Positions 52,831 to 62,490 of a DNA stretch of 64,000 nt are shown here, piece after piece. The stretch is taken from positions 29,182-93,181 of the forward strand of contig JAFGNM010000117.1 in assembly GCA_016927015.1 (NCBI GenBank), in the 5' to 3' direction. Position 1 is the stretch's first letter. Each line of letters starts with the position of its first letter. A program made the translations under genes and the position numbers. The notes beneath the pieces were generated by a model. It was not told where the DNA came from, ran no database searches, and saw only the letters and a list, made by a program, of their open reading frames with translations. This DNA is from Candidatus Bathyarchaeota archaeon. Its GTDB lineage: Archaea > Thermoproteota > Bathyarchaeia > Bathyarchaeales > Bathycorpusculaceae.

Positions 52831-53736
52831 ATGTTTGAGAAGCTCAAGTCAGGCTTTAAGGGACTAGTAACCAAGGTTACAACAACTGAGCTTAAAGCTG
52901 AAAACCTGAGTCCTATCCTTTCTGATTTTAAAATGAGCCTCGCGGAAAACGATGTTGCGTTTCCAGTGGCAGACCGCATATGCGATGAGCTTGAAAAACG
53001 TTTAACTGGCGTGCAGGTTAAGCGTCTGGAAGACCGCAAGAAACTTGTTGAAGAAAACCTGCGGCAAGTGCTTTTAGACGTGATGCTTACAAACAACAAA
53101 ATCGACTTGCTGAAGAAAGTGGAGGAGAAACGCGAAACAGGTGAGCCGTTTGTTCTGCTTTTTGTAGGCATAAACGGCACGGGGAAAACGACGACTATAG
53201 CCAAGGTCGCGCATTTCCTTCGCGATAAGGGCTACTCAGTGGTGCTTGCTGGCAGCGACACTTACCGCGCCGGCTCGATTGAGCAGTTGGAAGAGCACGC
53301 TCGACGCTTGGGCATGCGCATGATAACGCACAAGTACGGTGCAGACCCTGCGGCTGTGGCGTATGACGCGATAAGCCACGCTAAAGCGCACGGCGTAAAC
53401 GTTGTTTTGATTGACACGGCAGGGCGGATGCAGACGAACCAGAACTTGATGAACGAGCTTGTCAAAGTGAAGCGGGTTGTCCAGCCTGACTTGACGGTTT
53501 TAACTTTGGATTCGCTGATCGGGAACGACGCGGTTATGCAGGCTGAAGAATTTCACAAGTCCATAGGCGTAGACGCTACGATACTGACGAAGGTGGACGC
53601 CGATGTCAAGGGCGGCTCCGCTTTAAGCGTAACATACGTGACGCAGAAGCCCATATTGTTCATTGGCGTGGGGCAGACGTACAAGGATTTGGAATTGTTT
53701 AACCCAGAAAAATTCGTAAACATGATTCTAAGATAA
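52831..53736 (+). CDS. ftsY: signal recognition particle receptor FtsY
   Basis: SRP-GTPase G motifs are present: LLFVGINGTGKTTTIAK, DTAGR and TKVDADVKGG. Confidence 0.9.
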   Translation: MFEKLKSGFKGLVTKVTTTELKAENLSPILSDFKMSLAENDVAFPVADRICDELEKRLTGVQVKRLEDRKKLVEENLRQVLLDVMLTNNKIDLLKKVEEKRETGEPFVLLFVGINGTGKTTTIAKVAHFLRDKGYSVVLAGSDTYRAGSIEQLEEHARRLGMRMITHKYGADPAAVAYDAISHAKAHGVNVVLIDTAGRMQTNQNLMNELVKVKRVVQPDLTVLTLDSLIGNDAVMQAEEFHKSIGVDATILTKVDADVKGGSALSVTYVTQKPILFIGVGQTYKDLELFNPEKFVNMILR

Positions 53737-55011
53737 ATAGTTTAGAGGGGTCTTGCGCAGTTTAGTTTTTTTTCTTTTCCAAAAATAGACAATGAGACAT
53801 GTGCCAACGACAGCTACTGATGTTACAGCAGATAATGTGTAAACTAATTCGGTTGGTAAGTCTAAAAAAGGATTGGGTTGCGGTGTGGAAAAAGGTGATA
53901 AACTTGCATTCCAAAAAAACAGTTTGCTATATCCATAAGTGTTGTCTGGCTCCAGCTCTTCATCGTAAATTATGTCCAGCTTTGGTCCATATTCTTCCAG
54001 AAGATTGCCGACTGCTTTACAGATTTGGTCAGTAAGATTGTCTGCTTCCCACAGTCCCCAAATCTTGTCGCTTGGACCGCGAAAACCATACCCGTAGTGG
54101 TTGGGTAGGACGTAAGCAACTCTATCGCTAATTGAGCTGTTTTCTCTAGGATTGTTTTGCATGTATTGCCAGAATTGTTTTAAAGCTGTCAGATGCTCTT
54201 TTTCCAAGATTCCTTGAGTGTAATTCTTGTTTGAGTCAAAGATCAATATGTATTTCGCTCCGTTTTCGTAAGCTAAAACCAAGTCTTTGTAGAGTTCTTC
54301 TCCTGATTCGATGTACGGCGGCTCGGTGTACGTCCACGCAACTATGACTCCCCACTCCTTTTCATGCATCGTTGCTGCGCCTCTGCACAGTGCAATATTT
54401 AATTGCCTGCTGTAGTTCCAGCCCAGCTGTGCAAGCACCACATCGTATCCTATCTTGTAATCGAACCAGTAAAGCGCGTAATCCGAAGTGAACACGGCGG
54501 GAACTGCTGGATCATTGTAACCCACGAAGTTCAAGCTGTGTGCCATTATGTCAAAGAATTGGTTGCTTGCATCTGTGTAGTTATCTGCCTTGTCAACAGC
54601 TTTGTATTCATAGAGGTCCAGTTGTTTTCCACCGATCTCATCCCAGACATAGAATCCCAAAAAGCGTTCGCCCCACCTGTTTTTTGCGTCTTCCAGCCAC
54701 TGGCGGTTAAGAAACCTTTCGGTGTAAACTAAAAACGATAAGCCTTTGTCGTAAACATACTGGCAAACCTCGTCAAGTCTCGTGACGTTGTATGTTATGC
54801 CGGTGCAGCCTATCCCTAAAAGATTTGTGTACGAGCTTATTTCGTCGATGAGCACTTTGATTTCAGTTAGATTTTCATAAGCTACGTCCACGCCAAAGAA
54901 TACGTCGGGCGGCTGAGTCTCCGTTTGAGCATAGACTGGAAAACTGAAGTTTAAGAAAACTTGAAATGTGAGGAGAGAAATCAGGAAAACAACCAAACAT
55001 TTAGTTTTCAT
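53728..55011 (-). CDS. secreted hypothetical protein with a C-terminal TM anchor
   Basis: Signal-like N-terminus MKTKCLVVFLISLLTFQVFLNFSFPVYAQT. The C-terminal helix VTSVAVVGTCLIVYFW is followed by KRKKTK. It has many NxS/T sequons. Its 3-prime end overlaps the ftsY stop region by 9 nt. Confidence 0.6.
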   Translation of the reverse strand: MKTKCLVVFLISLLTFQVFLNFSFPVYAQTETQPPDVFFGVDVAYENLTEIKVLIDEISSYTNLLGIGCTGITYNVTRLDEVCQYVYDKGLSFLVYTERFLNRQWLEDAKNRWGERFLGFYVWDEIGGKQLDLYEYKAVDKADNYTDASNQFFDIMAHSLNFVGYNDPAVPAVFTSDYALYWFDYKIGYDVVLAQLGWNYSRQLNIALCRGAATMHEKEWGVIVAWTYTEPPYIESGEELYKDLVLAYENGAKYILIFDSNKNYTQGILEKEHLTALKQFWQYMQNNPRENSSISDRVAYVLPNHYGYGFRGPSDKIWGLWEADNLTDQICKAVGNLLEEYGPKLDIIYDEELEPDNTYGYSKLFFWNASLSPFSTPQPNPFLDLPTELVYTLSAVTSVAVVGTCLIVYFWKRKKTKLRKTPLNYLS

Positions 55012-55282
55012 TTTCACAATAAATATAAGCAGCACCCTCAAAATAAGAATTTCCCAGAATCTTTAATTTGCAAGTTTTTCCGAGCACGTACAAGGACTTT
55101 AAATGTTTAAACCAAGAAAAACTCGCCAATATGATCAAGATAGTTCATTTCTGTCCTTAAGCCATCTTTTCCTTTATCCAGGTTTTTCGTGTTTGCTGAA
55201 GAGATAATTACATATATTTCTTGGTTAGGAAGATATCCAGTGTAGGGTGTGCTGTTTTTTGGTGCGCGTGAAATTGCCGAGA

Positions 55283-55735
55283 ATGAGCAAAGCCGAAATT
55301 GATCAGCTGCTAAGTGAGCAGTTTCTGTGCCGTATTGCTTTCGGAGGAAAACAGGCTCCGTACATTGCTCCGTTTCAATACGTTTCCGTCGGCGGCAGCC
55401 TCTATTTTCATTTTACGGATTACGGCAGGAAAATGGGTTTGCTTGAAGAGGGCAAACCAGTTTGCGTGGAAATCGAGCGGTACACGCAAGACCTCGGTGA
55501 GTACTGTTTTGTGACGCTGGTTGGCAAGTTGCATGTCGTCACGGATGTTCAAGAGAAGGCTAAAGCCGTAGCGCGGATGGTTGAAGACGCTAAGGCGAAG
55601 GGTTTGTCTACGAATTTTCTTCCCGCTCACGGGCTCCCGAAAGAAGCTGATTGGTCTGCTTTGAAAGCGGAGAAACCCCTTGTCGTTGTTAAACTTGTTG
55701 ACGTTGCAGAAATTGTTGGGCTCAAGTCGCCCTGA
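55283..55735 (+). CDS. pyridoxamine 5-prime-phosphate oxidase-like FMN-binding split-barrel protein
   Basis: MSKAEIDQLLSEQFLCRIAFGGKQAPYIAPFQYVSVGGSLYFHF fits the Pyridox_ox_2 pattern. The ATG at 55283 is preferred. Confidence 0.65.
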   Translation: MSKAEIDQLLSEQFLCRIAFGGKQAPYIAPFQYVSVGGSLYFHFTDYGRKMGLLEEGKPVCVEIERYTQDLGEYCFVTLVGKLHVVTDVQEKAKAVARMVEDAKAKGLSTNFLPAHGLPKEADWSALKAEKPLVVVKLVDVAEIVGLKSP

Positions 55736-55767
55736 CTGTTGGTCTCGGTGAAACAAAACACGCGTGG

Positions 55768-56778
55768 TTATTTCCAGTAGTCTTTTTCTCTGTCTTGTGC
55801 GGTTGCGTCGGTTTCCATGAGAGCTTCAGGGTATGGTTCAAAGAACGTCTGTTGCATGAGGTATTCTTCGTTGAACCTGATTATCCACGCTTTCAGCACG
55901 TTGAGGGGTGCGCTTAAGGGGAATTTGCCTGCCCTGTACTTTGCCACGGCGTCAAGGAAGAATGCTTTTTCGCTTTTTGATAGTTTGCTTGTGAAGTAGC
56001 CTGCTGCCTTGGTGAGCACGTTTTCGTTTGCGCCTCGCCGCGGCGGCTGTTTCAGAGCTTTCCACAAGTGACCTTGATACTCCGCGATTGTCTCTTGGAA
56101 CAGTCTGCCTTTCGGCTGCGCTACAATCCTGCCCATGGCGTGGAGTTCTGTTTGGCTGTAAGCCGTGAACAACAACTTGTTGCGTGCCTGAAAATCAATT
56201 AGCATGTTTACTGCGCCCGAGTTTTTAACCGCCCTGAAATCCGCTAAAGTGTAAAGTTTCGTAAGGAAATGCTCTTTTATCCGCGAATTCAACAGGCGTC
56301 GTTCATCTTCAACCGCCAGATGCCCAAACCTGTCAACCACGGCGCCTCCGAAGAAGCCAGGTCCCTTTCCCAACGGCGAGACTTTCTCGGTGCTGGGGTA
56401 TATTTTTGCGTCCTTCATGGCGCTGCTCGGCGACCCGCTCTTCAGTATGAAGCCGTCGACTTCCGGCAGCGCGTCCAGAAAATCGTTTGAGAAACGTTTC
56501 ATCCTATCCGTTAAATCCAAGCCTGTTGCCGGCTGAATCAGCTTCAAAGCGTCGCCTGTTTTGACTATTCTGACGGTTTCTCTAGGCACTCTCAGCCCAA
56601 CCTCGACTTCAGGGCACACGGGAATGAACTGCACAAGCGGCTTGAGGCTCCTTACCAAATCGCTCGGCATCATCTGCCCGTTGTAACGGACTGGTTCAAA
56701 CTCGATGCATTTACTCACAACTACACGCGGTTTAGTGAAGTCTCGCACAACCCCGCCTCGCAACCTTTCACAGAACAA
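55768..56778 (-). CDS. DUF523 (TudS-like) plus DUF1722 (YbgA-like) fusion protein
   Basis: PRVVVSKCIEFEPVRYNGQ resembles the DUF523 Cys-containing N-terminus. The helical C-terminal half resembles YbgA. Confidence 0.6.
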   Translation of the reverse strand: MFCERLRGGVVRDFTKPRVVVSKCIEFEPVRYNGQMMPSDLVRSLKPLVQFIPVCPEVEVGLRVPRETVRIVKTGDALKLIQPATGLDLTDRMKRFSNDFLDALPEVDGFILKSGSPSSAMKDAKIYPSTEKVSPLGKGPGFFGGAVVDRFGHLAVEDERRLLNSRIKEHFLTKLYTLADFRAVKNSGAVNMLIDFQARNKLLFTAYSQTELHAMGRIVAQPKGRLFQETIAEYQGHLWKALKQPPRRGANENVLTKAAGYFTSKLSKSEKAFFLDAVAKYRAGKFPLSAPLNVLKAWIIRFNEEYLMQQTFFEPYPEALMETDATAQDREKDYWK

Positions 56779-56851
56779 CCAGCCTTAACTTATGTGCAGG
56801 CACGAAAAAACAGTTTCGCTTAAATGCCCGTTCTGCAGACCTCTCCCTGTC

Positions 56852-56905
56852 ATATTTGGATCCTAATAGTGGATCTATGCAGAAACCTATAGAGGGGGTC
56901 TATCC
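56852..56905 (+). repeat. ~50-nt dispersed intergenic element, copy 2
   Basis: ATATTTGGATCCTAATAGTGGATCTATGCAGAAACCTATAGAGGGGGTCTATCC, about 120 nt upstream of prs and in the same orientation. Confidence 0.8.
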
Positions 56906-57024
56906 AGCAGAGCCTCAGTATTACAGTGTACTCCAAGGTTATTTATGGTAAAGTTAAATAGAGTTCGCTGGAATAAAGCTAAAAATCAAACAAGATACAT
57001 CTAAAGCTGCGAAGGAAAGCTAAT

Positions 57025-57909
57025 ATGAAGATAATTCTCGGTCCTGCCTCGAAAGAGTTAGGCGAAAAAACCGCAAAGTTAGCGAATTTGGAAACAGTGC
57101 CTGTTGTCCATAAAACGTTCCCAGACGGAGAATCCTACATCCGACTGGAAAGCACGGTTCAAAACGACCACGTGGCAATAGTGCAAACCACTAGTCCACC
57201 ACAGGACAGCAAAATCATGCAGTTAGCCTTCTTGGCAGACGCTGCAAAACGAAACGGCGCTAGCAAAGTCACCGCTGTGGTGCCTTACTTGGGTTACGCG
57301 CGTCAAGACAAAACGTTCCTGCAAGGCGAAGGAATAAGCATCGAAACCGTGGCTCGCATGCTAAACGCGGCAGGAGTTGACGCTTTAGTCACAGTAAACA
57401 TCCACGCGGAAAACGCGCTGAAAAAGTTCCCGTTCCCAGCCAAAACCTTATCCGCAATTCCGCTGCTGGCTGAATATTTTGTCCAGAAAGGCTGTAAGAA
57501 AGCGTTTGCTCTGGCACCAGACAAAGGCGCAATGTACATCGCAGAACAGGCACAAGCCGTTTTAGGTGGCGAAGCTGGACACCTCGACAAGCAACGCGAC
57601 AGACACACAGGACAAACAAGCCAAACAGGCAAAGGCTTGAACGTGAAGGGGCAAACTGTCATAATTTTCGATGACATCATCAGCACAGGCGGAACAATCG
57701 TTGGCGCAGCAGAAATCCTCCAAGAACAAGGCGCAGCAAGAATCTTTACGGCTTGCGTTCATCCGCTTCTGATAGGTGACGCAGAAAAACGCATTCTCGA
57801 CGCAGGAGTTGAAGAAATTGTGGGCACCGACAGCGTTCCCAGCCACGTCAGCAAAGTCTCGCTTGCACCGTTAATCGCCAAAGCTTTGAAGGCGCAGAAA
57901 AGTGGCTAA
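57025..57909 (+). CDS. prs: ribose-phosphate pyrophosphokinase
   Basis: FPDGESYIRLE, VVPYLGYARQDK and the PRPP-binding loop FDDIISTGGT. Confidence 0.9.
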   Translation: MKIILGPASKELGEKTAKLANLETVPVVHKTFPDGESYIRLESTVQNDHVAIVQTTSPPQDSKIMQLAFLADAAKRNGASKVTAVVPYLGYARQDKTFLQGEGISIETVARMLNAAGVDALVTVNIHAENALKKFPFPAKTLSAIPLLAEYFVQKGCKKAFALAPDKGAMYIAEQAQAVLGGEAGHLDKQRDRHTGQTSQTGKGLNVKGQTVIIFDDIISTGGTIVGAAEILQEQGAARIFTACVHPLLIGDAEKRILDAGVEEIVGTDSVPSHVSKVSLAPLIAKALKAQKSG

Positions 57910-58939
57910 ACTCTTCTTTCTGCTGTCAGGCGAAAACGAAACTTTGCCTGCTGCCGAGTTAAAAGCCATTCTTGAAGCTGAAGGCTTCGCTTTCGAAGTT
58001 AAAGAGCAACTAGACCAAGTAGTGAGGCTGGACGCAGCCAAAGACAGCGTGAAAGCGGTTCACCGCAGATCGGCTTACACCAGAACATGCGTGCTTGAGT
58101 TGTTTGCGTGTGAAGCTGAAGAAACCGCGATTATGAAGTCAGCGGAATCCGTGGATTTCAGAAGTGTTTTAGGTGAGGGTGAGAGCTTCGCGGTTCGCGT
58201 AAGGCGCGTGAAAGAGTACGCGGGAAAAATTGGAACTGTTCCTCTTGAAGGAAAACTCGGCAAACACGTACTTCACAGCACAACGAAAACAAGGGTTAAC
58301 CTGAGAAAACCTGACAAGACCTTTTTCGGCGTCTTAACCAGCGGCAAACTGGTTTTCGGTCTTAGACTCGCGGAAATGGAAATTAAAACGTTTTCTGAAC
58401 GGCGTCCAAGAAAAAAACCTTTTTTTCATCCGTCAGCTATGCCTTCAAAGCTTGCACGGTGCATGGTTAACTTGGCGCGTGCAAGGTCTGGTGAGCTGGT
58501 GTTGGACCCTTTCTGCGGCACTGGAAGCGCTCTGATTGAAGCGGCTTTTGTCGGCTGCAGGGTTTTGGGTTTTGATGTTCAAAGGCGCATGGCGGAAGGC
58601 ACTCGAAGAAACCTTAGGTATTTTGGTGTGGATGCTGAGGGTTTGGTGATTGCTGACTCCCGAAAGTTGCCTTTGATACGGATTGATCATGTTGTCACTG
58701 ATCCTCCTTATGGCAAGTCTGCGACAACTATGAAGTCTACTACGAAGCAGCTTGTTGAAGGCGTGCTCAGTTCAGCGTGGCCTTTGCTTAGTGTAGGGCA
58801 ACTGATTTGTATAGCTTCGCCAAAGACATTAAACATCTCGCGTGTAGGCGCAGAGTCAGGCTATAAGCATTTGGAGTCCCATTTCACTTACGTTCACAGG
58901 ACTCTGACGCGAGAGATAGCGGTGTTCGAAAAAACGTGA
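57902..58939 (+). CDS. trm11: tRNA (guanine(10)-N2)-methyltransferase, THUMP plus Trm11-type methylase
   Basis: A THUMP-like N-terminal half is followed by LDPFCGTGSALIEAA (motif I) and VVTDPPYGKS (motif IV). GTG start overlapping the prs stop. Confidence 0.8.
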   Translation: MAKLFFLLSGENETLPAAELKAILEAEGFAFEVKEQLDQVVRLDAAKDSVKAVHRRSAYTRTCVLELFACEAEETAIMKSAESVDFRSVLGEGESFAVRVRRVKEYAGKIGTVPLEGKLGKHVLHSTTKTRVNLRKPDKTFFGVLTSGKLVFGLRLAEMEIKTFSERRPRKKPFFHPSAMPSKLARCMVNLARARSGELVLDPFCGTGSALIEAAFVGCRVLGFDVQRRMAEGTRRNLRYFGVDAEGLVIADSRKLPLIRIDHVVTDPPYGKSATTMKSTTKQLVEGVLSSAWPLLSVGQLICIASPKTLNISRVGAESGYKHLESHFTYVHRTLTREIAVFEKT

Positions 58940-59874
58940 GGTGTAAACGGGTGAGTATACGTGTGATCTTCCTTGGTACAGGCGGCAGCGTTCCAACTCC
59001 TATGAGGAGTTTGCCAGCTGTGCTCATAAAACGTCAAAGCGAACAGTTGATGTTCGATTGCGGTGAAGGGGTGCAGAGGCAGATGATAAAGGCGAAGGTG
59101 GGTTTTCACAGGAAAATGAAGATTTTTGTTTCGCACATGCATGGTGATCACGTTTTGGGTTTGCCTGGGCTGCTGCAGACTATGGCTTTGCTGGGCAGGG
59201 CGAGGAAGCTTGAGGTTTATGGTCCAGAGGGGATAAAGCAGTTTTTGGAGTGTGTCCGTGAGAGTTTGCAGTTTGGTTTGACGTTTCCGGTTGAAATCCG
59301 CGAGGTTTGCGGTGCTGGCGTTGTGTGCGAGGAAGAGGATTACGTTGTTGAGGCTGTGAGGTCAAATCATGTGGTTCAGGGTTTGGCGTATGCGTTTGTG
59401 GAAAAACTGCGTCCGGGGAAGTTTTATCCTGAGAAAGCCAAGGCGTTGGGTGTTCCTGAGGGTGAGTTGTGGTCGAAGCTTCAGCACGGTGATGCTGTTA
59501 AGCTGGAGAATGGGCGTGTTGTGAGTCCTGAAGAGGTTTTGGGTTCGTTGAGGAAGGGGCGGAAAATCGTGTATTCGGGCGACACGAGGCCTTTTGAGGG
59601 GTTTGTGGAGTTTGCGGCTGGTGCGGACTTGGTTGTTCACGAAGCCACTTTTGACGATGCTCTTTGTGAAAAGGCTGAGGTGGATGGTCATTCAACTCCT
59701 AGTCAGGCTGGGTTGCAGGCTAAGAAGGCGAAGGCAAAGAAGCTTGTTTTAACGCATATTAGCGCTAGGTACGCTGATGCAGGGTTGCTTTTGGAGCAGG
59801 CGCAGAAGGTTTTCAAGGACACGGTGGTAGCTGAGGATTTTATGGTGTTGGAGTTGCCGCTTCCGGACAGTTAA
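58936..59874 (+). CDS. rnz: ribonuclease Z (tRNA 3-prime endonuclease)
   Basis: FLGTGGSVPT, the metallo-beta-lactamase motif HMHGDHVLGLPGLLQTM, and C-terminal LVLTHIS. The start is the GTG at 58936 or 58951. Confidence 0.9.
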   Translation: MRCKRVSIRVIFLGTGGSVPTPMRSLPAVLIKRQSEQLMFDCGEGVQRQMIKAKVGFHRKMKIFVSHMHGDHVLGLPGLLQTMALLGRARKLEVYGPEGIKQFLECVRESLQFGLTFPVEIREVCGAGVVCEEEDYVVEAVRSNHVVQGLAYAFVEKLRPGKFYPEKAKALGVPEGELWSKLQHGDAVKLENGRVVSPEEVLGSLRKGRKIVYSGDTRPFEGFVEFAAGADLVVHEATFDDALCEKAEVDGHSTPSQAGLQAKKAKAKKLVLTHISARYADAGLLLEQAQKVFKDTVVAEDFMVLELPLPDS

Positions 59875-60656
59875 GCCAGCAGTTGCCGTAGTTTTTGTAG
59901 GCTTTCTTCCACGTGTTCCACTGCTTCGATCATTATGGTTTTGTCGTAGTCTATTTCGCGGAGGGTTTCTGCGAATTGTTGCCAGTTGATTTTTCCGTAG
60001 CCTATTCCTAGGTGCTGGTCGTTTTCGCCCATGTTGTCGCTGATGTGCATGTGCACGATTTTGTCTGGCAGCTTTTTCAGGAATTGTTCTGTTTGGCCTT
60101 CGAGGTTTGCGTGTCCAACGTCTAAAACAATGCCTACATCGTTTAGGCTGGTTTCTTTGTAGAATTTTTGGAAGTCTTCTGGTTGTTTCATTATGAAGCC
60201 GTATTTTTCGGGCAGGTTTTCTATGGCTGTGTTTAAGCCGTGGTTTTCTGCGGTTTCGTGCAGTTGGCGTATGGTTTGGATGTTTTGCTTCCAGTCTTCG
60301 TTTGGATAGAACGTGCTGATGCCTGTTTTTGCGCCTGGATGGAAAACCCAGAGCTGCGCGTTTAAGTCGTTGGCGTAAGCCATTGACTGTTCGAGTCTTT
60401 TGATGCTGGCGTTCAGCATGGGTTTTGACGGTGACGCTATGTTTATGTCTGCGAAAGGCGCGTGCACCGTGTATCTTATGCCTTTGGACTTGGCAATCGC
60501 GTTAAGTTTGGAAACTCTTTTTTTGTTGAGTTCGTGTAACCCTTCATCGACAACTTCAACGAGCTGGACTTCAACTTTGGCTAAGCGTTTAAGCATCTTG
60601 CTGAAGGGTTCGCTTAGGCAATAAAGCATTGAAACACCAATCTTCGGTTTGGGCAT
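59871..60656 (-). CDS. sugar-phosphate isomerase/epimerase (xylose-isomerase-like TIM barrel)
   Basis: VFHPG, LDVGHANLEG and HMHISDNMGENDQHLGIGYGKINW follow the AP_endonuc_2 / TIM-barrel metal-site pattern. Confidence 0.75.
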   Translation of the reverse strand: MPKPKIGVSMLYCLSEPFSKMLKRLAKVEVQLVEVVDEGLHELNKKRVSKLNAIAKSKGIRYTVHAPFADINIASPSKPMLNASIKRLEQSMAYANDLNAQLWVFHPGAKTGISTFYPNEDWKQNIQTIRQLHETAENHGLNTAIENLPEKYGFIMKQPEDFQKFYKETSLNDVGIVLDVGHANLEGQTEQFLKKLPDKIVHMHISDNMGENDQHLGIGYGKINWQQFAETLREIDYDKTIMIEAVEHVEESLQKLRQLLA

Positions 60657-60810
60657 GCGGTTTATCCTCTTCTGGCTTTGAGGGTTTACTTTCGAACTCG
60701 CACTTAATAACCTAATCTGGATGCAGCGGTGCTTTCAGAAGGACTGCTGTGCAATTTTTGACTTATACCCCCTTATTTATACTATAAATAGTTCTGAAGA
60801 AAAGCGCGGT

Positions 60811-60862
60811 GGATAGACCCCTCTATAGGTTTCTGCATTCTATTTCTATTAGGATCCAAATA
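60811..60862 (-). repeat. ~50-nt dispersed intergenic element, copy 3 (inverted)
   Basis: The reverse complement is ATATTTGGATCCTAATAGAAATAGAATGCAGAAACCTATAGAGGGGTCTATCC. It lies about 155 nt upstream of the minus-strand TIM-barrel gene and in that gene's orientation. Confidence 0.8.
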
Positions 60863-60922
60863 TGCTGGAAGACGCGTAAGTGTTAAATATTTGTAAATAT
60901 ATTTCTGTTTACAGGTGAGGGT

Positions 60923-61405
60923 TTGAGTCCAGGCTATTCTTTATCTTCACCACTAAGCCGGAAACAAAAAGCAGTGTGGTCGCTGATAAGCAGAGGCTTG
61001 TCCGTGGCTTCAATCGCTGACAAGCTGAGAACCACGAGGCAATTTGTCAACCAGACAAAACTGGCGGCTGAAGCCAAACTTTCAACAACGCTTCTGGAAG
61101 TTGCACAAGCCAACGACCTTCAAGTGACAAGATTATACCCTAAACAAGCCGTACTTCTCGGCTATCATCCAGCGCTCAAGCGCAAAGCCATCGTGACCTA
61201 CAGCACAAACCACGGGATAAAAGTCTGGTACTGGCACGACAACCCCGAGGAAGTTACCAACGAAGAATTCCTACGCCAGACCCGAGAGTACCTGCTTGAC
61301 ACAGCCAAAGAAAGAGGAATAGAAATCGAAAACGCAGACAAGATTCACCCAGCCAAGCTAGCACACATAATTTTTTGTAAGCTCATCCCAGAGTTGAAAA
61401 CATGA
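60923..61405 (+). CDS. HTH DNA-binding protein, LuxR/sigma70-region-4-type helix-turn-helix, Tfx-like layout
   Basis: LSRKQKAVWSLISRGLSVASIADKLRTTRQFVNQ resembles response-regulator/Tfx-type HTH motifs. The 160-aa size and C-terminal alpha/beta half recall archaeal Tfx (from memory). TTG start. The stop overlaps the next gene (ATGA). Confidence 0.5.
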   Translation: MSPGYSLSSPLSRKQKAVWSLISRGLSVASIADKLRTTRQFVNQTKLAAEAKLSTTLLEVAQANDLQVTRLYPKQAVLLGYHPALKRKAIVTYSTNHGIKVWYWHDNPEEVTNEEFLRQTREYLLDTAKERGIEIENADKIHPAKLAHIIFCKLIPELKT

Positions 61406-61965
61406 CAACCAAAAGAAGTTTAGAAAATCGTATCAGAGGCTGGTTTCCTAAAGAACCTCTTAGAGTTAGTTTCCAAGCTGATATCCTATATTCTGAGTGG
61501 GTCTCGGTTGGAAAATTCGTAAGGGCTATTGTAGGATCTATTTCAGTGCTTGCTCTATTTGTGCTGACAATATCCATCTGGGTTAGCATCTCTATACAGA
61601 ATCCTCTCTTTGCAGTCATATTTGCGTTTCCTCTGATTTTTTTGCTAATTTTGTATGTAAACTATCGAGGTGTTCAGATAATAATAACTTCAAAGGAGCT
61701 CATAGTTAGTTATGGCATCTTGAATCGCAAACGTATTGCTATTTCTGACATAGTTTCATGCGAGCATACTAAAGCAAATTTTGGAAAATATTTGGGTGTT
61801 GGAATAAGATATGGGACTGATGGCTCTTGGGCATATTCAACGTCCTTTAGCAATGCGATAAAAATTAATCAGTTAAGAGGAAGACCCTTCGTCTTTTCTT
61901 CAAACAACCCAGATAAGATTTGCAGCACTATTAGCCAAATGAAGCAGCCAGAAAAGGATAGATGA
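61402..61965 (+). CDS. RGW[FL]PKEP-motif membrane protein 1 (two TM helices plus a small beta-rich C-terminal domain)
   Basis: The N-terminus MTTKRSLENRIRGWFPKEP is followed by two hydrophobic helices. The C-terminus VQIIITSKELIVSYGILNRKRIAISDIV is possibly like a bacterial PH domain. Confidence 0.65.
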   Translation: MTTKRSLENRIRGWFPKEPLRVSFQADILYSEWVSVGKFVRAIVGSISVLALFVLTISIWVSISIQNPLFAVIFAFPLIFLLILYVNYRGVQIIITSKELIVSYGILNRKRIAISDIVSCEHTKANFGKYLGVGIRYGTDGSWAYSTSFSNAIKINQLRGRPFVFSSNNPDKICSTISQMKQPEKDR

Positions 61966-61968
61966 GAA

Positions 61969-62490
61969 ATGGGTGTAAAGAAGAACCTAGAGAAACAAAT
62001 TCGCGGCTGGTTTCCTAAAGAGCCTGCTCTTCCAAGCACTCAAAGCATGAAAATGGCGGCGCAAAAAGAAAATGAAAAACAAAATGAAGCAAAAATTAAA
62101 CAAGTACTTTATGTCATTCTTGGAGTTGGCGGGGTTTTATTAGGTATTTTCTCAGGCATGGGTTATGGATTGTGTGCAGCAATCGTAATTGGTGTCGCTA
62201 CAGCTCTTGTTATAGCAGTGGCTGATAGACATTTGAACCCTCGTCAACGGGGCGCCAAGGAAGTTAGGACTGTAGTTCAAAGAAAAGTGATGAATTCGAT
62301 TTTAATATTTAACGTGGCCATTTTTGGGCTTTACTTAGCACTCTACTTCGGGATTTTGCCGATCATAAGTAATGCTGAACTTGCGTTGGTTATTGTGATA
62401 GCTTTACTTGCTGTATGGTTTTTGGTTAACCGTTTACTTCTTAGGAACCTGCGTAAGCAAGCAACGCCGTCTATGGAGGAGAAATTATGA
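61969..62490 (+). CDS. RGW[FL]PKEP-motif membrane protein 2 (about four TM helices)
   Basis: The N-terminus MGVKKNLEKQIRGWFPKEP is followed by a charged linker and hydrophobic helices. Confidence 0.65.
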   Translation: MGVKKNLEKQIRGWFPKEPALPSTQSMKMAAQKENEKQNEAKIKQVLYVILGVGGVLLGIFSGMGYGLCAAIVIGVATALVIAVADRHLNPRQRGAKEVRTVVQRKVMNSILIFNVAIFGLYLALYFGILPIISNAELALVIVIALLAVWFLVNRLLLRNLRKQATPSMEEKL

